Positions 56,932-64,000 of a stretch of DNA of 64,000 bases are shown one piece after another. Made by a program: the position numbers and the translations under genes. The DNA is from a virus (Duplodnaviria > Caudoviricetes). How positions within the stretch are numbered: the stretch's first letter is position 1; every line of letters begins with the position of its first letter. Below the pieces are notes generated by a model. It searched no databases. It saw only the letters and a list, made by a program, of their open reading frames with translations, and was not told where the DNA came from. The stretch covers positions 277-64,276 of IMG/VR virus record IMGVR_UViG_3300028563_000022. One strand, given 5' to 3'.

Positions 56932-57082
56932 CCGTGCTCAGTTATGCAGGTGCCCCCGTGCTTTTAGTTTGGCGGGGGCACCACGGGCTTCTGAGGGGTA
57001 ACGAGGACACTGGAGTCACGGAGTAGGGTTAGAACGCGTTGTAGGTCAAATTTAAGCGAGTCGGGTTTAACCTGGCAAAAGA

Positions 57083-57124
57083 GAGCCCCGACTCGTTTTT
57101 GAACGAGTCGGGGTTTCGGTTTTC
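57083..57124. terminator. Hairpin terminator between convergent rusA and helicase genes
   Basis: CCCCGACTCGTT-TTTG-AACGAGTCGGGG with T-rich 3' and A-rich 5' flanks. Confidence 0.7.
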
Positions 57125-57208
57125 TTGTGACTTATTTGCTGTGAAGGGGCTTCGGCTGATGAGGTGAAAGCGGGTAAAAGGTTAATTATTTCAGCCGTGT
57201 TCAAATGT

Positions 57209-58816
57209 TCAAATGCCCAATTTCGAGTCCAGAATCTTTCCGATGTCATGGGCCTTCCCAGCCGCGCAACTCAGGATCGTGGCGTCCAGCGACTCCGCGA
57301 CCACCAACACATGGATGTAGACACCATGCGCCTGGCCAATCCTGTGGCAACGGTCCACGGCCTGCTCATTCTCACCCGGCACCCATGAACCCTCGGCCAA
57401 CACCACGTTCGATGAGCTCGTCAAAGTCAGGCCAGTCCCGGCCGCCTGGAGATTGCCAACAAACACTTGGCAAGAGGCGTCATTCTGGAAAGCATCCACC
57501 GCGGCCTGGCGTTTCGTGTCGTTCAATCCACCAAGTACCATGACCGCGCCATAGGGTTTTAACCCCTCGGTCAAAAGCTGGATCACATCCCGGTGCCAGC
57601 CGAAGACCACGACTTTCTTGGCACCGTCTTTAAGCAGCCCCTTGACGTACTCGATGACCAACGGGGCCTTGGCGATGCCCATTTCTCGCCGGACTTCGGC
57701 CAGGGGTGAACCCGCCGGCACGCCGCTGTTCAGAATCTCCCGGGCGCTAAAGGGTTTTTCCTTGTCCAGTACCTTCTTGGTCTGAGCATCAGCGTCGAAA
57801 ACTACCATTTTATGGAGCTTCGCCGGGAGCTGTTTCAAAACATCTGCCTTGCTCCTGCGGACCATGAACCCGGCGCGCAACCGCAACCCGAGCTCAGTTT
57901 CATTCCGACTACCTTTTACCCGGTAGTCATATTGGTCCCACATGAAATAGCTGAATCTGTCCGCGAACTCCTCGAAGCCCCGGCAGTCGGCGATCAGGTG
58001 AGGTGCGCACGCCCGCAGAATGGGCCACAGCTCGGCCGCCCGGTTTGGTGCTGGGGTGCCACTCAGAAAAAGGATTTGGCCCGCGGCGTTGACCAGTGGC
58101 TCGACGTACCGGGTGCCAAGGATTTTCTTGGACCGCTTGGACTTGGGCTCCTTCAGTGCATGGGCCTCGTCAAAGATCATCAGGTCATAAGGACCAAAGG
58201 CCCGCAATTTCTCCGCGTGCTTGACCGCAGCCTCGTAAGACACCACGGTCCAGGTCGGATTCGTTTCACTTCGGAGTAATTTATTCTTCAAAGACCGAAA
58301 GATTGCTGTGTAGGGGTTGTTGATCCCCCAAAGGGCCACTTCCCTGGTCCAGTTGATCCGCAAGTGAGCGGGGCATACGACCAGGACATTCCTGTCCTTC
58401 TTGACGTTGGCCACTCCTATCGCCTGGGCTGTTTTCCCCAGGCCCGGCTCGTCGGCAATGTAGGCAACTTTCAGGCTATGCGCATACTCGACCCCGGCCC
58501 GCTGGTATGGGTAAAGTTCCATCCCTTCGGGCAGGGGTACTTTGAAGTTTGAGGTCTCTGCGTAGGACATTTCCAATCGCTGCCGAAAGGCAGCAAGCTC
58601 GGGCAATCGAGGTGCCAAGCGGTAAGCGATGGCCTGGTCACTGGTGGCGTACTCGTGATGCAACGGGCTCATCTTGTACCCGGCGGACTTGGCGATGCCC
58701 CGATCCACAAACGCCCCGCGCCAGACATACAGGCCCGTGCGGAAGCCATCCGAGGCTTTCGGATAGAACGTCACCTGTTCGGTACGGTCGGAGACTATGG
58801 CTTGATCGGTGCTCAT
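57209..58816 (-). CDS. SNF2-family helicase
   Basis: LYPYQ, ADEPGLGKT, DEAH, LSGTP, GTGLTLT, QAVDRCHRIGQ. Confidence 0.93.
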   Translation of the reverse strand: MSTDQAIVSDRTEQVTFYPKASDGFRTGLYVWRGAFVDRGIAKSAGYKMSPLHHEYATSDQAIAYRLAPRLPELAAFRQRLEMSYAETSNFKVPLPEGMELYPYQRAGVEYAHSLKVAYIADEPGLGKTAQAIGVANVKKDRNVLVVCPAHLRINWTREVALWGINNPYTAIFRSLKNKLLRSETNPTWTVVSYEAAVKHAEKLRAFGPYDLMIFDEAHALKEPKSKRSKKILGTRYVEPLVNAAGQILFLSGTPAPNRAAELWPILRACAPHLIADCRGFEEFADRFSYFMWDQYDYRVKGSRNETELGLRLRAGFMVRRSKADVLKQLPAKLHKMVVFDADAQTKKVLDKEKPFSAREILNSGVPAGSPLAEVRREMGIAKAPLVIEYVKGLLKDGAKKVVVFGWHRDVIQLLTEGLKPYGAVMVLGGLNDTKRQAAVDAFQNDASCQVFVGNLQAAGTGLTLTSSSNVVLAEGSWVPGENEQAVDRCHRIGQAHGVYIHVLVVAESLDATILSCAAGKAHDIGKILDSKLGI

Positions 58817-58865
58817 GATGATCCCCTTGGCCCTCCTTTAATTTTGATCCTGACCATCCGGGAAT

Positions 58866-59078
58866 TTACTCACTTTGCTGCTTAATTTCAGCCAGTAACT
58901 CCGTCGCGTATCCACCAAAGTGCCAGAAATCATGCTCACGGTCATAAAAATCAGTAGTACCCCAATACTCCACAACACCATTTTGTTTTACCCTGACACG
59001 ACGATCACCTTTTCCGTGTCCTAAGTGCTTGCGGATACGAGTGGCGTCAGCACGGCTAACTGCGGAAGTATTTCCCAT
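58866..59078 (-). CDS. Hypothetical early protein
   Basis: ORF with RBS in small-gene cluster. Confidence 0.5.
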   Translation of the reverse strand: MGNTSAVSRADATRIRKHLGHGKGDRRVRVKQNGVVEYWGTTDFYDREHDFWHFGGYATELLAEIKQQSE

Positions 59079-59147
59079 GGCAATCCCCCATTTGTTTTCA
59101 ATCCTGTTTTCAAACGAAAAACCTTTCGACACAATCACTGTGTAGGG

Positions 59148-59435
59148 CTATTCCACTATCTCGAACATAGGCGCTGTGACCATGCAAGCCGTTCGGCCCG
59201 TTCTTTGATTCACGATTCGCACACTCGAAACGTGTGGCACTCCATTTTTGGAGTCCGCCAGGTGGGCATTCGTGCCACCTGTTAAAAATGACAGGTTCAT
59301 GGATATCCGAAACGCTTCGGCGTTTTTCTCAGTTGGGCGCCCATGGGATTTGATATCCCATGAACAGGATTGCAAGCCCGTTTGTGTCTTGTACTCGACC
59401 CGGTACTTAGGCAGGTAGGTATTTCCCATGTTCAT
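59148..59435 (-). CDS. Hypothetical early protein
   Basis: MG....PKYRVE...W....GRPT..N...N.S...GG.N.H...APMFE motif; GGAGA RBS. Confidence 0.65.
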   Translation of the reverse strand: MNMGNTYLPKYRVEYKTQTGLQSCSWDIKSHGRPTEKNAEAFRISMNLSFLTGGTNAHLADSKNGVPHVSSVRIVNQRTGRTACMVTAPMFEIVE

Positions 59436-59504
59436 TCTCCCTTTACAAGTGTGTTTCCAATCCCGTGCCCGGTCACGAGCCGACACTCGCGGCCGGTCAA
59501 GCGG

Positions 59505-59816
59505 TCAAGAAACGTGCTTTTTGTCATGTGTGGTCATCCAGTCCTGACACTGGCCAATCCACCATTTCCAGGGGTTGTTTTTCACGAGCACCACGGTGTC
59601 CATTGCCGGGTGTTCCCGGACCACGTACCAGCATACCGTTTGCCCGTTTGCGCGGATGTGATCCACGCCTTGGCCGCTGAGTAAGGCACTCAGAACATGG
59701 AATGCTTGTTTCTGGTGGCCAAGTTGAATGGTTTTCATGATGTACCGCGCGGCCTGAATCCGTTCCTTGCTCACGGTAAAAATGTTCGTGAGCTCCTTTT
59801 CTGAAGGGACTCGCAT
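59505..59816 (-). CDS. Hypothetical early protein
   Basis: AGGAG RBS. Confidence 0.55.
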   Translation of the reverse strand: MRVPSEKELTNIFTVSKERIQAARYIMKTIQLGHQKQAFHVLSALLSGQGVDHIRANGQTVCWYVVREHPAMDTVVLVKNNPWKWWIGQCQDWMTTHDKKHVS

Positions 59817-59922
59817 AGATTGCTCCTGTTTCGTTTTGCTTTTGAAAATCCTTGTTAAATGGTTGCTGCGTAGGGTTTAACCATACTTTCGGAGGGCGAG
59901 CCTGATGCCTTCGGCAAGCCGT

Positions 59923-60116
59923 AGACAATAAACGTAATGATTACGGTATGTTATGCGGTATCCTGGGCCGATGTGTTTGACCCCCATGGTGTTTTGCTCC
60001 TCTTTTCGGGTTAAACAAGACAATAAACGTAATGATTACGGTATGTTATGCGGTATCCTGGGCCGATGTGTTTGACCCCCATGGTGTTTTGCTCCTCTTT
60101 TCGGGTTAAACAAGAC
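59923..60116. repeat. Exact 95-bp tandem duplication
   Basis: 59923-60017 is repeated at 60018-60112 (+AGAC). Confidence 0.92.
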
Positions 60117-60511
60117 TATTCAAGGTACAAAATACCGTCGTCGCCAACGGTTAGATTCAACTCGCCATAACTCTTGGCCAAGTCCGATAGCTTGTGCGCG
60201 CCATAAGTCCCGTACACGTCAGGATTATCCCAAAAACCGGCGCCGTGGCCATTGCGGGTTAACCAAAAGTCATGCCCGGCTTGCTCCATTTTATCTTCGC
60301 CAAGAAACGCCGCGACGGAGTGGCCAAGTATTTGCCGGTTGAGAAATCCGAGACAATCCCGCCTGGCCAGGTCTAGCGCGTCTGGGTGAAGGTCTTCAGG
60401 GGCGTAGTTTTCATCTATCGGGTTCCCGCCGTCTGGCGTGCTTTCGTCGTTTGAGCTCCAAAGCGCCGCGGTCAAGTATGCGTTTAGAAATTCGGTGTTT
60501 TCCTGTTCCAT
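60116..60511 (-). CDS. Acidic conserved phage early protein
   Basis: AYL.AALWSS.DE, AGHDFWLTRNGHGAGFWD, GDDG.LY motifs. Confidence 0.75.
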   Translation of the reverse strand: MEQENTEFLNAYLTAALWSSNDESTPDGGNPIDENYAPEDLHPDALDLARRDCLGFLNRQILGHSVAAFLGEDKMEQAGHDFWLTRNGHGAGFWDNPDVYGTYGAHKLSDLAKSYGELNLTVGDDGILYLE

Positions 60512-60515
60512 GGTG

Positions 60516-60779
60516 TTAGGTCCTCGGATTGAAGTAATTAGGCCGGTTCAAAAATTCATGTTTATCCGTCGCGGCGTCGTAGTCCTTGGCGCCTTGAATA
60601 TAACCGGCGGAAAACTCTTTTAATGGTGTTTTGCGCCACTCGCCCGGACGCATTTTATAGAAAACAAGCCGGGCGGACTCCCCGTCAATTATCTTGCCAA
60701 AAGCAGCGTCCATTGACCCCTCGCGCTTTCCAAGGTGAAAGTGGTAGCTTTCGGTGTTCATGATGTTACCGCTCCTCAC
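60516..60779 (-). CDS. Hypothetical early protein
   Basis: ORF in cluster. Confidence 0.45.
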   Translation of the reverse strand: MRSGNIMNTESYHFHLGKREGSMDAAFGKIIDGESARLVFYKMRPGEWRKTPLKEFSAGYIQGAKDYDAATDKHEFLNRPNYFNPRT

Positions 60780-61020
60780 GGGTTAGGCCGATGTAAAGCC
60801 CTCCGCGGTGCCAGGTAAGAACATATCGGGCGCCGTGTTTCCATGTGGTGAAAAACAAGCGGTCTCCTTCACCCCATGGCGCGGCGTACTCCGGCACCTC
60901 TTCCCCTGTTTCCCATTGTTTCAGGTATTCCACGGCCGCCATCTCGCCCTTGCTTTCGAGTATTTCAAGGGGTTCAAGCGCGTCTTCCCCTTGGGCAAGC
61001 ACAATACTAGAGTATTGCAT
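60766..61020 (-). CDS. Hypothetical early protein
   Basis: AGGAG RBS; YLKQW..G, PWG..D, YIGL. Confidence 0.6.
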   Translation of the reverse strand: MQYSSIVLAQGEDALEPLEILESKGEMAAVEYLKQWETGEEVPEYAAPWGEGDRLFFTTWKHGARYVLTWHRGGLYIGLTREER

Positions 61021-61111
61021 GTTAAACGCTCCTTTCCTGTTAAACGTGTTTCCAATCCTGTTTCTTGCCAGGCAAGTACATATGGCCCGGCAAGTGTAGC
61101 AGGCTTAGAAA

Positions 61112-61741
61112 CTAGCCGATCAAATGGTGAATCGGGTTACCGTAGCAGTCGAAACGGTATTCGTTGGCGTCGCAAGACTCCTTTACCGCTTCGTCTGTAA
61201 ACTGGTATTCATAATCCTCGCGGCCGTTTCTCAGCGCCTTTTCTGCAATGTCCTTTACATAGTCTTCAATATATTCTTCAACCTTATGTAAAAGTGCTTC
61301 AAAGCCTGTAAGCTTTTCGGGCGCATAATGCGGGTTATAGGGGAAAGGATCGTTGTAATCTGTTTCGAGTTCCACTTTTAGCCCGTAGTCTTGCCCATAC
61401 CGTTGCGAGCGGATACCAACGGAAAGCGTCATAAGCCCATGGTCAATCCAGGCGAGCAAGCAACGGGCTTGCCGGTCTGTAAGAGCGGAGACTATGGCCT
61501 TGCATACAAGGGCTTTTTCTTCCTTTACTTCCCCGTCAAACGCAATTGACCATGCCCGGTCAATATCCCATGTTAGGGACTTGGCGTTAATCTCAAGCCC
61601 GTAGTATTCTAAATCGTTTTCGATTGTGTCTGAAACGGTCTCGATAACAAAGTCATCATTAACCCAGTAACGCACTTTGTCTTTTGCTTCGTCGTTTAAC
61701 TCGGAAAACTCAAACGCTTGAATATTTGCTAATGTTGGCAT
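61112..61741 (-). CDS. Acidic early protein (possible anti-defence)
   Basis: F.ELNDEAK.K, EYQF.DEAV.E...ANEY.F...G motifs; AGGAG RBS. Confidence 0.7.
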   Translation of the reverse strand: MPTLANIQAFEFSELNDEAKDKVRYWVNDDFVIETVSDTIENDLEYYGLEINAKSLTWDIDRAWSIAFDGEVKEEKALVCKAIVSALTDRQARCLLAWIDHGLMTLSVGIRSQRYGQDYGLKVELETDYNDPFPYNPHYAPEKLTGFEALLHKVEEYIEDYVKDIAEKALRNGREDYEYQFTDEAVKESCDANEYRFDCYGNPIHHLIG

Positions 61742-61835
61742 GTTGATTGCTCCTTTCTTTACTGTTTATGTTTTAACCCTGTTCGATGCCCGGACCTTTG
61801 TTTCAAGTTCGGGCAATCTGTAGGGTTAAACCAGA

Positions 61836-62510
61836 TTAAACGTACCGATTGAAAACCGCGACATTTCCATTTTCCAAACGCTCGCTCGAATAATCGTTTA
61901 TGAACAGGTCCCGAGAAAACTTTTCATAATCAAAATAGTATTGCAGGTTTTCAGGTACACTTGACAACATGCCAGTGTCGTCAACAAGTGAGTAGGTGAA
62001 ATCGAGCTCGCTGTCATACTCGCCTTGAAATGCTTCCTCAAAATTGTTTATTGCATCGTCCAAGTCTCCCCGATCCGAAAGGAAAGCAAGAAACGCTTCC
62101 GCGTTTTCGCCGTGCTCGGTTATGGCGGCCGCGAGTTTTACCACTTCAGGGATGCCCGAATATTCCTGAAGACGGTAGGAACCGAATCCCTCGAAATCGT
62201 GAATTGCAAACTCTTCCGCGCTTCCGTAGGGCTCGGAACAGGTAACGCTCGCGCTTTCCTCACAATCCGGGCAGACTGCCGGTTGATCCGTGCCGTTGGC
62301 TGTCTGGGTGAAAGTGGTCCCGCAATCCTCACAAGTACAATCCCGGCGGATTACGTTTGGAAACTTCGACCCTTTGAGCATAAGGTTTATTTCTTTGTAA
62401 ACGTCGTCTTCGTCCTTTCCATCCAGGTCGATCCAGGTGCCATGCAGACGGCCGTTGTTGTAGTCTGCCAGACTGGATACATATATGCGGGGTTCAAGTG
62501 CGTTTCCCAT
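61836..62510 (-). CDS. ardA: ArdA antirestriction protein with zinc-ribbon insertion
   Basis: RIYV..LA.YN.G.LHG.WID, EEFAIHD.EG, YFDYEKF.RDL; highly acidic; CTCEDC...CPDC insertion. Confidence 0.9.
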   Translation of the reverse strand: MGNALEPRIYVSSLADYNNGRLHGTWIDLDGKDEDDVYKEINLMLKGSKFPNVIRRDCTCEDCGTTFTQTANGTDQPAVCPDCEESASVTCSEPYGSAEEFAIHDFEGFGSYRLQEYSGIPEVVKLAAAITEHGENAEAFLAFLSDRGDLDDAINNFEEAFQGEYDSELDFTYSLVDDTGMLSSVPENLQYYFDYEKFSRDLFINDYSSERLENGNVAVFNRYV

Positions 62511-62596
62511 TTTATCTGCTCCTCGTGTTAAGTGTTTATGTTCCTGTCCTGTTTCAAGCCGGGCGTTTGTTCCCGGCTTGCGTAGCAGGGCAAGAC

Positions 62597-62863
62597 TCAT
62601 ACGGGGAAATTTACCATTGCTTGTTCTTTGTCTATTGTTATGTGGTATTGTATGTGCTTGTTACTAACTTCTGTTCCTATAACCCTTCTCCATTTCCCAT
62701 GAACGAGCACAAGGTATACTGTCTTGAATGTACTTTGACGCGGGGTTATGTGTAACAGGCGCTTTTCTGGGAGTGCCTTTATCTTGGCCTCGACCATTTC
62801 TGTTAGTTTCGGTTTCGGTGGAAATGAATCATCAAAGTATCCAAAGTGTACGTATGCTTCCAT
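62597..62863 (-). CDS. Hypothetical early protein
   Basis: GAGGAG RBS. Confidence 0.5.
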   Translation of the reverse strand: MEAYVHFGYFDDSFPPKPKLTEMVEAKIKALPEKRLLHITPRQSTFKTVYLVLVHGKWRRVIGTEVSNKHIQYHITIDKEQAMVNFPV

Positions 62864-62868
62864 GATAT

Positions 62869-63231
62869 TTACTCCTCTTCTCCATACACTTCATCTAGGT
62901 ACTTCTCTTTTTTATACACTATATCTAGGTACTCGTTGCACGCTTCAACCGTGCCGAAGACAGTCCAGTCGGTACAGTCAAGGTATCCGGGCGCGCTCAT
63001 ACGGCAACCATATCCCTCGGCAATCTCCAGACTGTACATGCCAGAAGCGCCGCAAGAGAAGTAGTCATTTACAAGGGTAAAGTCGTCTTCGTCTGTCATG
63101 CGCTCCACTTCGTCAAAGGCCTTGTCAATGTCAGTCATGAACACGTCAAGCGGAGCGCATTCAACGCCGTTTGTTCCGTCTGCTATCAGCCACCATATCT
63201 TTTCGGTTATTTCTTTTTGCATGAATGACAT
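62869..63231 (-). CDS. Acidic conserved early protein
   Basis: GYG.R.SAPGYLDCTDW motif; AGGAG RBS. Confidence 0.7.
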   Translation of the reverse strand: MSFMQKEITEKIWWLIADGTNGVECAPLDVFMTDIDKAFDEVERMTDEDDFTLVNDYFSCGASGMYSLEIAEGYGCRMSAPGYLDCTDWTVFGTVEACNEYLDIVYKKEKYLDEVYGEEE

Positions 63232-63271
63232 CTTGTTTGCTCCTTTCGTTTGTTCTGTTAAACAAGACAAT

Positions 63272-63478
63272 TTAATCGAAAGCCGTTGCGCATGTTTCGC
63301 AATACGTTTCACCCTGGCTTGTGCTGGTCATGTTCCAAGTCTGGTCAACCTTGCCACAACAAAGGCAGGTAGAGCGCATGACACTGGCACACTTACGGCA
63401 GAAACAAGCGCCGTCTTCCCTGGTGGCGCTCCGGTTGTCATCGATGCTCTTTCCGCAAGACTCGCAATTGGTTTTCAT
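63272..63478 (-). CDS. Small protein with four CxxC motifs
   Basis: CESC, CRKC, CLCC, CETC; AGGAG RBS. Confidence 0.6.
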   Translation of the reverse strand: MKTNCESCGKSIDDNRSATREDGACFCRKCASVMRSTCLCCGKVDQTWNMTSTSQGETYCETCATAFD

Positions 63479-64000
63479 GGTGTTTGCTCCTGCCTAGCGG
63501 ATAAGAGCGATTACAAGACCGCCAACCGCCAACCACGTCATACCCAAGACCGCCAGTAGACAAACTGCGGGCCCGGCGTATTCGTCCAGAAAAGCCAGTG
63601 TGTTTTTAATCGTGTTCATGGTGTCGTCTCCTGCCTGGTGGCGTTTGTGTTTGTTGATCCGTTGGCTAATATCTAAGCCTGATTTTTATGACCGTCAAGG
63701 GTTTTTCTTGTCTCACCATACAAAAACATAAAATAATTTTATTTGACCATGACCCGCGCCGGCCTGGTCTCGATCCGCCGGCACAAGCCGGCGACAATAT
63801 GCTTGGCACTCCGCGCAAAGCATCGGCCCACCGATGCACGGAAGAGGGCTACACTGTCTATATATTAATGAATAGCAACTTCTATGCCAGAACTGCACTT
63901 CCACGTATGTTTAATGCAATGTTAATGTGTTGCTGACTGCAACACTACTGCAACTAGGCCCGGTTGGGGTGAAAAGTGTAGCCGCTCGACTGCACTAGAC

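Noticed and set aside
1-64000. tRNA or rRNA genes
   Set aside because: None recognised by eye; a tRNAscan-SE/Infernal run would be needed to exclude them

Overview
The window is most or all of a temperate, HK97-like long-tailed dsDNA phage genome in its non-integrated form: an intact attP-like region lies next to the integrase and no host genes are visible. Plus strand 107-31180 carries lysis, packaging, head, tail and receptor-binding genes. Minus strand 31294-53354 carries the integrase, nucleotide metabolism (ThyX, dNMP kinase), an intein-containing family A DNA polymerase, a C5 methyltransferase, SSB, a Cas4-like nuclease and a repressor-like gene. These are followed by primase-helicase, RusA, an SNF2 helicase and a cluster of small acidic anti-defence-like genes including ArdA. 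The main finding is an RNA-guided TIGR-Tas-like locus at about 49657-52125. It has a nuclease-less Nop/IS110-C-terminal-like protein (TasA-like, with a Cys4 insertion) flanked by two arrays of 36-nt dual-repeat/dual-spacer units (18 + 5 units). One unit's two 9-nt spacers match 18/18 a hairpin at 38466-38483 in this same genome, contiguously and on the same strand, unlike the opposite-strand geometry described for TIGR-Tas. Other notable items are an HNH endonuclease overprinted out of frame inside the polymerase intein, a methyltransferase with a nested alternative-frame subunit, and a dispersed GTCTTGTTTAAC regulatory motif. All calls come from reading the sequence by eye; no database searches were run.
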